Part shown: piece after piece, positions 39,820 through 48,887 of the stretch
Layout: each line of letters starts with the position of its first letter
Numbering within the stretch: position 1 is the first letter of the stretch
Source of the DNA: Verrucomicrobiota bacterium
GTDB taxonomy: Bacteria > Verrucomicrobiota > Verrucomicrobiia > Limisphaerales > UBA9464
Length of the DNA stretch: 53,996 bases
NCBI GenBank assembly: GCA_026397755.1
Contig: JAPLUF010000090.1
Coordinates: 1 to 53,996 of the forward strand
Reading direction: 5' to 3'
Program-made: the position numbers and the translations under genes
The notes under the pieces: model-generated
What the model was told of the DNA's origin: nothing
The model's database searches: none
What the model saw: the letters and a program-made list of their open reading frames with translations, nothing else

Positions 39820-41292
39820 TTGCCGAGACGGTCGAAGTCCGTGTACCGTCCTCCCGTGCCGAAGCCCTCGCGTCTCCAACGGATCCAGGCTGATGTCGCG
39901 GCCACCTTTCGCGATGGTGTCCACGCCCATCCGGATCCAGAGTCCCTGTCCGCGCTCCAGAAGTTTACTTATTTCTGGGCTCTGGTAATCCGCTTCTTCG
40001 CCAAGAACCGTTGCCAGGTCCGCGCATCGGCCTTGGCCTACACCACTTTAATGGCCTTAGTGCCGTTGCTGGCGGTGTCGATCAGCATGCTGGCGATCTT
40101 CCAGATCTCCAACGCCAAGAAAGCCATTGATCATTGGATCTCTCAGCTTGTCCAAAATGTTGCTCCGACGTTGGGATTGTCGGGTCAACAAGGAGCCGAC
40201 GTTTCGCAGGAAGCCGTGGTCACCAAAATCGTCAACATCGTCTCAGACATCCCATTCGGCACGATCGGCATCACCGCGATGATCGGTCTGATCTTTGCCG
40301 CTATCTCAATGATGCGGACCATCGAAGCTGCCTTCAACGACATCTGGGGTGTCACCCGCTCTCGGTCCTGGTGGAACAGCATTCTGCTCTACTGGGGCGT
40401 TCTGACGCTGGGGCCGGCCATCTTGGCCTTGGTCACCACCTCCAGTTATGTCCAGGCTACCTTCGAACAAGTTGAATGGATGCAGAAACTGCCCCTCTTG
40501 GGCATGCTCAACACCGCCCTTCTCCCCATCATCACGCTGACCATTGCCTTTGGCCTCTTCTACTTGTTGATGCCCAATACTCGTGTCGATCCGCGATCGG
40601 CTGCCGTTGGAGCCGCGGTTGCCGCCACCCTCTGGTGGGGTAACTCCCAACTGGGAGCGCTCTACAATACCCGAGTAGTCACCTACTCCAAGATCTATGG
40701 TTCCCTGGGTGCAGTGCCCCTGTTCCTCCTCGGACTCTACTTTTCCTGGTTGATCCTGCTCTTTGGATCGCAAGTGGCCTACGTCTTCCAAAACCGTGGC
40801 GCTTACCTTCAAGACCGTCAGGCCGACTCGATCCACCAAAACGGGCGCGAGTTCGCCGCCTTACGTTTGATGACCGCCATTGGGATGTGCTTCCAACGGG
40901 GCGAGCGCCCTCCGGTTGCGTCGTCACTGGCCAACCAATTGGGAATCCCTCCTAAACTCGCCGCATCCCTGCTCGGTTCGCTGGCCTCCTCCGGTCTTTT
41001 GCACGAAACCTCAGGGGCCGAAGCCGCCTTCGTTCCGGCTAAACCCCTGTCAGAAATATCCCTTCAATCCATCCTACTCGCCATCCGAACGGCGCATGGA
41101 CGGGATATTTCTACCGCTGAGGATGCCGGACGCCAGCCGGTGACTCAGGCGCTGGATGCGGTTCGGAAGGCTGAAAACTCCATGGCCTCGAACTTCTCGC
41201 TAGCCCAACTGGTCGGTGAGGCCCTTGAAGCCGCCAACACCTCCAACCCGAAGCTCCAACGCCCCTTGCCCAATTCTTCGTCGGTGTCCTGA
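39820..41292 (+). CDS. YihY/BrkB-family membrane protein with C-terminal Rrf2-like winged-helix domain
   Basis: YihY core: FAKNRCQVRASALAYTTLMALVPLLAV...YGSLGAVPLFLLGLYFSWLILLFGSQVAY. The C-terminal roughly 150 aa reads EFAALRLMTAIGMCFQRGERPPVASSLANQLGIPPKLAASLLGSLASSGLLHETSG..FVPAKPLSEISLQSILLAI, which is Rrf2-like. Confidence 0.75.
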   Translation: MPRRSKSVYRPPVPKPSRLQRIQADVAATFRDGVHAHPDPESLSALQKFTYFWALVIRFFAKNRCQVRASALAYTTLMALVPLLAVSISMLAIFQISNAKKAIDHWISQLVQNVAPTLGLSGQQGADVSQEAVVTKIVNIVSDIPFGTIGITAMIGLIFAAISMMRTIEAAFNDIWGVTRSRSWWNSILLYWGVLTLGPAILALVTTSSYVQATFEQVEWMQKLPLLGMLNTALLPIITLTIAFGLFYLLMPNTRVDPRSAAVGAAVAATLWWGNSQLGALYNTRVVTYSKIYGSLGAVPLFLLGLYFSWLILLFGSQVAYVFQNRGAYLQDRQADSIHQNGREFAALRLMTAIGMCFQRGERPPVASSLANQLGIPPKLAASLLGSLASSGLLHETSGAEAAFVPAKPLSEISLQSILLAIRTAHGRDISTAEDAGRQPVTQALDAVRKAENSMASNFSLAQLVGEALEAANTSNPKLQRPLPNSSSVS

Positions 41293-41334
41293 CATTTCAC
41301 CGCCCTGCTCTCCGACCCCGATTTGCTCCAACCG

Positions 41335-42108
41335 TCATCGAGGAACCGGGCCGTCAAACGCCAGCTCGGTTTTGGTCCCGCGGACGTCGTCGACCATGCT
41401 GACACTGCAAGTCCATCGATCAGCATGTTCTCGAAACTGGGTGATTGAAAAGTGCTTGAGGCGCACGTTGCGCGCGTCATAAACCTCAGCACTGAGGACC
41501 ACTCCTAGCTTTTCATCGATCCAGGACTTGACCGAAGCGGGTCCCTCGGATTTCTTCGAGACGCTTTCAAGCACTTGACACCACCTACCGTTGCTCAATT
41601 CTCGACCATTAACGCGCTGTTCTGGCCAATGAAGAAATTCCATACCCAATTCACGAAGTAAAAAATCACTCTTTGCGATCGCCTTATCACCGGCCACTAG
41701 AACGTCCTTCGATGGTGGTTTCCCTGACTCTTCGACCCATGCTTCATAGGTTGGAGGGCCCTCAGCATTGTAGTGGATCCTTGAAATCTCCCTGGCTCCT
41801 TTGACGCCATCGCCTCCCACTTGATATTCTACCCTCCAGCGCCCCTTCCCAGGTTGAGTGATGACCGTCACCGGAATTTGACGGCGTCCCTCCCGATTGC
41901 GGATCCTCAAGACCGCCTGATTGGTCGAGGGATCTTCAGGAACTACCGTCCGCAACCGCTGGGCCCACTCGCGTCCCAGGGTCTCCGCGGCCTCTTCGGC
42001 CCTCGCTACCGACAGTAAACCGGTGCTCACGACAAGAACCCAGATGAAGGCCCAGATTAACCCGGGCACCCCCCTCTTGGCCCTCAAAGCTGAAAGCATG
42101 ACTCTCAT
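41335..42108 (-). CDS. LolA-like / outer-membrane lipoprotein-sorting-like protein
   Basis: Start at MRVMLSAL (42108) with a signal-anchor. A beta-rich body has patterns (AVLRIRNREGRRQIPVTV...RWRVEY; RWCQVLESV..; TKTELAFDG) typical of LolA-like barrel proteins. The family call is moderate. Confidence 0.5.
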   Translation of the reverse strand: MRVMLSALRAKRGVPGLIWAFIWVLVVSTGLLSVARAEEAAETLGREWAQRLRTVVPEDPSTNQAVLRIRNREGRRQIPVTVITQPGKGRWRVEYQVGGDGVKGAREISRIHYNAEGPPTYEAWVEESGKPPSKDVLVAGDKAIAKSDFLLRELGMEFLHWPEQRVNGRELSNGRWCQVLESVSKKSEGPASVKSWIDEKLGVVLSAEVYDARNVRLKHFSITQFREHADRWTCSVSMVDDVRGTKTELAFDGPVPR

Positions 42109-42423
42109 CGGAGAATTACCTGAGGACGCTCTCCGCGTCGACCTTGCACGATTAATCCTGGTCCCCGCGGGGCCGAAGCGCCTCCCGAGCAGCCACACCC
42201 TCCCCCTCGGCTCCCCAGCTGACGCCGCCACCTTCGCGGTGCCCACTGAGCCCTGAAGAACAACCCCACCGTGATTCCCACCACGCTCAGAGCCGCTAAT
42301 TTCTGCCAGTCCATACGTGGCAGCATAACGGCCGGCACTTTGGGAGCAACCCCGCGCGTCGGAAGCGAATTTTGTCCGTTCCATACGATTGACCTGTTGG
42401 CTAGGCATGCTTGTCTGTCCGCC

Positions 42424-42810
42424 ATGCAGCCCCCCCTCTTGGATTGGTTACGTCGCCTGGGATGGGTCGTGGCCTTAGGGCCTGCTGTCGGCGGCGGTTT
42501 GTTAACCCTGTGCGGATGCTCTGCCTCCTCCCGAGCGCAGATGCTCATGCCTGCTCCAGATTTCCCTGCCGTCATACGCCCTTTAGATGGGAGTGTTGGC
42601 TCCGTGGTTCTGGTCAATGAGCGCCTGCGGTTTGTTGTCCTAGATTACTCCTTCAGCACTCTGCCACCCACCGGCTCCTTTCTGGAAGTGTACCGTTCCT
42701 CCAACCGCGTGGGCCGAGTCCGGTTGTCCCGATGGAGCAATCCGACGACAGCTGCCGCCGACATCATGGAAGGCGCCCCCCTTATCGGCGACACCGCTCG
42801 ACCCGATTGA
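42424..42810 (+). CDS. Small putative lipoprotein
   Basis: Start at MQPPLL (42424). Lipobox-like LTLCGC, and a beta-rich 90-aa body ending in a motif like the hybrid-barrel GDxV pattern (APLIGDTARP). Confidence 0.5.
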   Translation: MQPPLLDWLRRLGWVVALGPAVGGGLLTLCGCSASSRAQMLMPAPDFPAVIRPLDGSVGSVVLVNERLRFVVLDYSFSTLPPTGSFLEVYRSSNRVGRVRLSRWSNPTTAAADIMEGAPLIGDTARPD

Positions 42811-42900
42811 TGCCTCATGAGTTGGATTTAATTTCTTATACCTTTCATCCGAAGGGAGGCTCGCTTGACCCTCCAATGAGCCAGTCTACCATCCACGGCC

Positions 42901-44868
42901 GTGCGTTCCTTTTGCCTCTTCTTTCGCAGCGTGGTGCACCTCTTCGCCCTCTGCCTTGGGCTCATCTGCCCACATGGCCTGATGGCCGCCGAAGCCTCGG
43001 CGGGTCTGGCCCAAACACTGCGATCGGGAACCTCATCCGATCACCGTACTGCCGACGGCATCGCCTTATTCGTGCCTTCGGGCGAACCCGCGACCCCTTT
43101 CTTAGTTCAGGGACCCTTCACCTCAGCCTGGTCTGGAGAGCTGTCCGTCGATCTTCGCGGCGAGTACTTCTTCCATGGGCTTTTCACTGGGCACCTCAAA
43201 GTTTCCATTAATGATGCGGTCGTCCTCGATGCCGACGGCAAAAGCCCGGCCTGGATTGATAGCTCGAAGGTCCGACTCAACAAGGGGGCCAACAAAATCC
43301 TCACCGAATACTCGGCTCCCAAGTCCGGTGAAGCCCTGGTGCGAGTGTATTGGTCCGGCAAAGAGGTTCCCTTCAATCCCATCCCCGTGGGTTCCCTCAG
43401 CCACTCTACCAGTGCCGACATCACCTCGGCCAACCAGCTGCGACGAGGCCGCGATCTGTTTGCTGAGCTCCGGTGCTCGCACTGTCACACCACCCAAGGC
43501 GGCATGCCCGATCTGACAGCCGACGCTCCGGCCTTCAGTGGAATCGGCTCTCGGAGGCATTCGTCTTGGTTGGCTCTATGGATCGCCAACCCTGAATCGC
43601 TACGACCTGGCACTGCCATGCCCGCGCTCTTCCACGGAGCCGAAGCGGCCTCTCACTCCGAAGCCATTGCTGCTTTCTTAGGTTCCCTCAAGGCAGCCAC
43701 CCCTCTCACACCCAGCGCTTCTTCCACGGCCGACCTCATCGAAGCCGGCAAGTCCCTGTATGAGAAGCTCCACTGTGTCGCCTGCCACGTGGCTCCAGAA
43801 GACTCCAAAGCCAACCCGGCCAAGATCTCCCAAAAGCAAGTCCTGGCCAAATTCAAGCCGGGGGCTCTGGTCGCCTTCCTCCTGAAGCCCTCGGAACACT
43901 TCGCATGGATCGGGATGCCCGACTTCAAGCTCTCCTCCGACGAAGCCTCCCAGCTGGCTGCGTACCTCGAATCGGTCGCTGACAAACCCTCCGAACGTTC
44001 CATCCCCTCCGATGAAGCGCTGATCCTCAAGGGCAAAAACCTGGTCCAAAACTCCGGCTGCCTGAACTGTCACACCCTGGACCTCCCCAACGCTTACAAA
44101 GCTCCTGCGCTAGCCACACTCAAGCCCGAAGCCTGGTCGGCCGGTTGCCTGGCTGCCTCACCCGCCGCAGAATCCAAAGCACCCCGCTATACGCTCTCCT
44201 CGGCCGATCGCCAGGCGCTGGCGGCCTTTGGTCGAACAGACCGTTCTTCCCTCACCCGACACACCGCCGCCGATTTCTTGGAACGTCAATCGGTGTCCCT
44301 AAATTGCCGGGAATGCCACGGGAAATTCGAAGGCTTTCCTGCCTGGGAGCTCCTCGGTGGCAAGCTCAAGCCCGAGTGGGCCAGCCGCTTCATCGGTGGA
44401 ACCGAATCCTGGAAACCCCGCCCTTGGCTAGAATCACGGATGCCCGCGTTCCCGACCCACGCTGGGTTCTTTGGCCAAGGCTTAGCGACCGCCCATGGAT
44501 TGCCTCCGATGACTCAACCCGATGATGCTCCTGATGCCGAATTAGCCAAAGTGGGCCACAAACTCATCGGAACCTCTGGAGGCTTCGCCTGTATTTCCTG
44601 TCACAGCGTTGGCGACTTCGGAGCGACCCAAGTCTTCGAGGCTCCGGGCATCAACCTGGCTCACTCTTTTGAACGTTTGCAGCCCGACTTTTATCGCCGC
44701 TGGTTGCGCAATCCTGTTTCCTTGGACCCCAATTCCAAGATGCCTGCTTACTTTGATGAAGAGGGCAAGAGTGCCTTGGCCGAGGTGCTGGAAGGCGATG
44801 GACCCAAAACCATTCGCGCGCTCTGGGAATACATCCGACTCGGTTCCATAATGCCCAAGCCGGAATAG
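42901..44868 (+). CDS. Secreted PA14-like domain plus five-heme c-type cytochrome
   Basis: GTG start and a signal peptide. The N-terminal segment (GELSVDLRGEYFFHGLFTGHLKVSINDAVVLD...VRLNKGANKILTEY) is PA14-like. Five CxxCH motifs are present: CSHCH, CVACH, CLNCH, CRECH, CISCH. Confidence 0.75.
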   Translation: MRSFCLFFRSVVHLFALCLGLICPHGLMAAEASAGLAQTLRSGTSSDHRTADGIALFVPSGEPATPFLVQGPFTSAWSGELSVDLRGEYFFHGLFTGHLKVSINDAVVLDADGKSPAWIDSSKVRLNKGANKILTEYSAPKSGEALVRVYWSGKEVPFNPIPVGSLSHSTSADITSANQLRRGRDLFAELRCSHCHTTQGGMPDLTADAPAFSGIGSRRHSSWLALWIANPESLRPGTAMPALFHGAEAASHSEAIAAFLGSLKAATPLTPSASSTADLIEAGKSLYEKLHCVACHVAPEDSKANPAKISQKQVLAKFKPGALVAFLLKPSEHFAWIGMPDFKLSSDEASQLAAYLESVADKPSERSIPSDEALILKGKNLVQNSGCLNCHTLDLPNAYKAPALATLKPEAWSAGCLAASPAAESKAPRYTLSSADRQALAAFGRTDRSSLTRHTAADFLERQSVSLNCRECHGKFEGFPAWELLGGKLKPEWASRFIGGTESWKPRPWLESRMPAFPTHAGFFGQGLATAHGLPPMTQPDDAPDAELAKVGHKLIGTSGGFACISCHSVGDFGATQVFEAPGINLAHSFERLQPDFYRRWLRNPVSLDPNSKMPAYFDEEGKSALAEVLEGDGPKTIRALWEYIRLGSIMPKPE

Positions 44869-45073
44869 TCCTCACTCGATTGCTCCATCGACAGAAGAAA
44901 CCCCGGGCCAATTACGGCACCGGGGTCGAACCGAGCGAAACCAAAGTCATCGCTGATTTGGTCCGAAACCGGCGACGTGGGCTGTCTTCTTAAACTCGGC
45001 CCTGTCTCTAGGGTCTCATCAGAACGCCCGATTCAATACCCAACACATAGCTCTCTTCGGAGCTGGATTCGGG

Positions 45074-45958
45074 TTACCAGCGCACGCTCTCGAGGAACTT
45101 CAACGACTGCGGGATTTGCTCCACGCTGGAGGCCGATTCATCCTCGATGAAGTAGTGCTTAACGCCCGCCTTCTGGGCGGCCTTCAAGATCTTAGACCAG
45201 TCCATTTGACCAGTGCCCAATGCCACGTCGTTGTTGGGATCGGTTCCACCATTGTGGAAACCCGTTGGCACACCCTTCTTCAGGTCTTTCAGGTGCATCA
45301 ACTCCCAGCGACCGGGATACTTGGCCAGCCAGGCAGCGGGATCCTCACCGGGATATTGGACCCAAAGGATGTCCATTTCGAAGGCCACGTAGCGCGAGTC
45401 GGTTTCCCGAATAAGAATATCCATCGCCTTCAGCCCAGAACTATTCCGATGTTTGAATTCATAACCATGGCAGTGGTAAAATACCTTGATGCCATGGGCT
45501 GCCAGCGCTTTACCGGCCTTGTTGAAATCGGCGGCCGCCTTGTGAGCTGCCTCGATGTCGAACTCGCCTTTGCCCTTAATCCAGGCCGCGCCCACATACT
45601 TGATCCCCAAATCCTGACATTCCTTGGCCACAGCCTCGGTGTCTCCGGTGATGCGCTCCATGGGGAAATGCCCGGCGATAGGCTTTAAACCAGCCTGTTC
45701 TAGCATTTGGCGGTAGGCCGGATTCTTCAGGTTGTTGTTGCCCGCCAACTCGACCTCTTGAATGCCAAAACCTTTCACCGTTCCTATGGTCTGGGGGACG
45801 TTGCGGGTGAACTGGGCCCGAAGACTGTAGAGTTGGATGCCCACCGGACCCCGGAAATGAGAACCGGTGCCGACGGATGCGGTGTGAGTGGAGCAACCGG
45901 CAGTGACCCAGGCGGCCACCAGTGCAATCCAGAGGAAGGGACGAAACGCGCTCTTCAT
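45074..45958 (-). CDS. Sugar phosphate isomerase/epimerase (xylose isomerase-like TIM barrel), exported/lipoprotein
   Basis: Signal plus AGCS lipobox. TIM-barrel family patterns are present: GIQEVEL, YHCHGYEF, MDILW, HLKD, HYFIEDE. Confidence 0.75.
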   Translation of the reverse strand: MKSAFRPFLWIALVAAWVTAGCSTHTASVGTGSHFRGPVGIQLYSLRAQFTRNVPQTIGTVKGFGIQEVELAGNNNLKNPAYRQMLEQAGLKPIAGHFPMERITGDTEAVAKECQDLGIKYVGAAWIKGKGEFDIEAAHKAAADFNKAGKALAAHGIKVFYHCHGYEFKHRNSSGLKAMDILIRETDSRYVAFEMDILWVQYPGEDPAAWLAKYPGRWELMHLKDLKKGVPTGFHNGGTDPNNDVALGTGQMDWSKILKAAQKAGVKHYFIEDESASSVEQIPQSLKFLESVRW

Positions 45959-46047
45959 GACGGATCCGAGTCAACCTCATCGGATCCGTCCTGCGCAACC
46001 GGGGATTGCCGCTTGGGGCCTGTTTATCTTTCGACCATCGCCAACCT

Positions 46048-47163
46048 TCAGCTCATCCGCATCGGCATAATGACGTACAAGAAGGGCTCGTTGGTCTTCA
46101 GAACACCAGGGCTGAGTTCATCGATGAGTTCGAAATAAACCTCGTCGGTGTCCAAGGCTTTCAAGGGGTCCATGAGGTAGCCAGGGTTGAAAGCGATCGC
46201 AAAATCTTTGCCTTGATACTTAATGGCCACCGTTTGACGGGCTTCGCCCACTTCAGGGGCATTGGCAGTAATGGCCAACTGATTGCGGCTGAAGGTCAAC
46301 TTCACCGAATTCTGCTTATCGGTGGTCATGATCTCAGCCAGACGGAGCGACTTGAGAAATTCTTCCCGATTGAGCGGCACCCGTTCCAACGGCTCGGCAG
46401 GGATCACTTGGCGATAGTTCGGATACACTCCATCCACTAACTTGGTCACTAAGATCGCCGAGACGGCACCTTCGGTGGTTGGCTGCGTTGCGAATGAAGC
46501 TTGGTTTTCGGTAAACTTCACCTCCACGTTACCGCCACCCTGGAGCAATCGCGTTAGTTCGTTGATGGCTTTAGTGGGGAGGATGAAATCGGCCTGGTTG
46601 TCGGCTGATATTTCAAATTCCTCTTCGCACAAGGCCAGCCGACGTCCATCGGTGGCAACCAAGATCAGCTTGTTTTCCTTGAGGCTGATATAAATCCCGT
46701 TGAGGACAAAACGGCTCTCGTCGGTGGAAACCGCAAAACTCGTTTTGCGGAGCATTCCTTTGAGTTTGTCCTGAGGGATGATCACCGTGCGGTTCTGAGC
46801 GAACACCGGCAACGGTGGGAATTCCTCGGCCGCGAGACCGTTGACCTTGAAAAACGAGCTTCCTGCTCGGATCGAAGCCGTCGACTTCTCGTCAATCTCG
46901 ATCTCGATCTCCGTAGCAGTCAGCTCGCGGGTGATGTCTACCAGCTTTTTAACGGGCAGCGTAGCCCGACCCGCCTGCTCTACGGTGGCGGCTACCGAAC
47001 AGGTGATGGTTACATCCAGATCAGTGGCGGTCAGCGAGAGGCGCCCGTCACCGGTCTCCAACAGAACATTGGACAAGATGGGGAGCGTTGATCGCGACCC
47101 CACGATGTTCTGTACGGCCTGAAGGCCAACGAGCAGCTGATCTTTGGCGATCGTTAGTTTCAT
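46048..47163 (-). CDS. dnaN: DNA polymerase III beta sliding clamp
   Basis: MKLTIAKDQLLVGLQAVQNIVGSRSTLPILSNVLLE...; three-domain length (371 aa); C-terminus ...PFLYVIMPMRM. Confidence 0.96.
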   Translation of the reverse strand: MKLTIAKDQLLVGLQAVQNIVGSRSTLPILSNVLLETGDGRLSLTATDLDVTITCSVAATVEQAGRATLPVKKLVDITRELTATEIEIEIDEKSTASIRAGSSFFKVNGLAAEEFPPLPVFAQNRTVIIPQDKLKGMLRKTSFAVSTDESRFVLNGIYISLKENKLILVATDGRRLALCEEEFEISADNQADFILPTKAINELTRLLQGGGNVEVKFTENQASFATQPTTEGAVSAILVTKLVDGVYPNYRQVIPAEPLERVPLNREEFLKSLRLAEIMTTDKQNSVKLTFSRNQLAITANAPEVGEARQTVAIKYQGKDFAIAFNPGYLMDPLKALDTDEVYFELIDELSPGVLKTNEPFLYVIMPMRMS

Positions 47164-47427
47164 GTTCTGCTTACTATCAGTGGAGAGTCTTGAAAGAGAA
47201 AGTCCTTAGTAAGGACGGTGAACAAACCTTACAACCTGAGCAAACCCCGTCAAACAGGGCTGAAAAAAGTTTTTCTGACTGTGAACTGTTTTGGGAACAA
47301 CCCGGGCCGAAGGCTCCAACTGGGGTTGTTGGGCTCCTATCGGCACTCCTTTGGACCGTTGTTCCCAAAGTTCTGCAAAGAACTTCCTGTTCGCGAAGCT
47401 TGAACCGAAAGAAACCGTTCGTACCGT

Positions 47428-47718
47428 GTGCCTCGAATGGAAGCGATGGGCAGCGATGGAAACGCCAAAATCCGAGAATGGACCTTGGAAGGCGGGCATT
47501 TGGTCCGAACTGAAGAGTTTACCGATTTTCGAGCCGCGATGCTCTGGGTCAACCGGGTTGCCTGTCTGGCTGAGCAACGGAACCACCATCCAGACATCGA
47601 TATCCGTTGGAATCGAGTGACCTTGAAGCTGATGACGCATGAAACACGAGGGTTGACCGATCGGGACTGGTCCTGGATTCAGGCCGCCGAGACCCAATTG
47701 GTTATCGATAACCGTTGA
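47428..47718 (+). CDS. phhB: Pterin-4-alpha-carbinolamine dehydratase
   Basis: F.DF..A..WVNRVA.LAEQ.NHHPDIDIRWNRVTLKLMTH is the PCD/DCoH signature. Confidence 0.88.
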   Translation: MPRMEAMGSDGNAKIREWTLEGGHLVRTEEFTDFRAAMLWVNRVACLAEQRNHHPDIDIRWNRVTLKLMTHETRGLTDRDWSWIQAAETQLVIDNR

Positions 47719-47772
47719 TCCATAAAACGAGACCGGCAAAGGGCTGTTTAAAGACCAATAAAAGTCTAAAAA

Positions 47773-48780
47773 CTAATCTTTGGTCAGAAAAAACCCGCGT
47801 TGCTTCGTCGAGACCGGATAGCCCGCCCTCTCCATCACCTGAAGCATGTCTTCCCAAACCTTCCGTTTTTCGGAAAGGGCCAGATTTCGAAGCAGGTACG
47901 CTGGATGATACGTAGGCATAAGGGGCATGCCGCGATAATTCTGCCAAGAGCCCCTCAGTTGGCTAATTCCAGCCGTTCCCTTACCCAAGAGTCCTTCGAC
48001 CGCACTCGCACCCAAAGCCACCACGACTCGGGGCTGAACCAAGTCGATTTGCCGTTCAAGCCAAGGAATACACGTCGACACCTCGTCAGGCTTGGGTTTG
48101 CGATTGCCCGCTGAATCACCGGGGGTATCCGGGCGACATTTGAGGAGGTTGGTTATAAAAACAGATTCCCGACCTAAACCCATCGCCGTGAGAATTTTGG
48201 TGAGCAGGTCTCCGGCAGGACCCGCAAATGGTTCACCACTGAGATCCTCTTCAACACCTGGCGCCTCTCCGACAAACAAGATCTTGGAATGGATGTCACC
48301 CACGCCAAAGACCACCGACTGACGAGAAGCCGCTAAATGAGAGCAACGGGTACAAGCGAGGATTTGGGATCGAAGCTCGGCCATCGCTGCGGCTCGTGCC
48401 TCCGGAGGCAACGGAGAGGGCAACGGTGCCGCCACGAAAGAGGTTTTAGAACTCGATGACGTAGGAGGAACCACCGCAACGGCCTTGGACCACCGCGACA
48501 TCGCCGCCTCCGAACGGACAGCGGGAGGAACCACCGAAGACTGAGGAGACGCAGAGACAAAATTCTCGGTAGGAATAGAAGGACTCTGAGAATTCTGAAA
48601 GGCGGGCCTCACCGTTTTGGCAATATCGCGCCGGGCGACCGATGAAAGAGGAGTGAGGGACGGGCTAACGATGGAAAGGAGCGTGTCACGACGCACCGGG
48701 ACCCAACCGACACCTAGGCCTTTTAAGGTTTCCAGGTGGGCGATCGTAGCGTCCAACAATTGCAAGTAGGCAGAAGACAT
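47773..48780 (-). CDS. Family 4 uracil-DNA glycosylase with long Ser/Pro-rich N-terminal extension
   Basis: C-terminal domain ILFVGEAPGVEEDLSGEPFAGPAGDLLTKIL..MGL.RESVFITNLLKCRP...TYHPAYLLR. The N-terminal roughly 140 aa is low complexity. Confidence 0.85.
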   Translation of the reverse strand: MSSAYLQLLDATIAHLETLKGLGVGWVPVRRDTLLSIVSPSLTPLSSVARRDIAKTVRPAFQNSQSPSIPTENFVSASPQSSVVPPAVRSEAAMSRWSKAVAVVPPTSSSSKTSFVAAPLPSPLPPEARAAAMAELRSQILACTRCSHLAASRQSVVFGVGDIHSKILFVGEAPGVEEDLSGEPFAGPAGDLLTKILTAMGLGRESVFITNLLKCRPDTPGDSAGNRKPKPDEVSTCIPWLERQIDLVQPRVVVALGASAVEGLLGKGTAGISQLRGSWQNYRGMPLMPTYHPAYLLRNLALSEKRKVWEDMLQVMERAGYPVSTKQRGFFLTKD

Positions 48781-48887
48781 CAGGTCCGAAGTTCAGAGTC
48801 CAATTAATCAGTCCCTTTGCCAAGCGCCGTTGACCCGGCTCCAGATGGAGTGATGCTCCGGCAAGACAAGCAACCTACAGAAGACCC

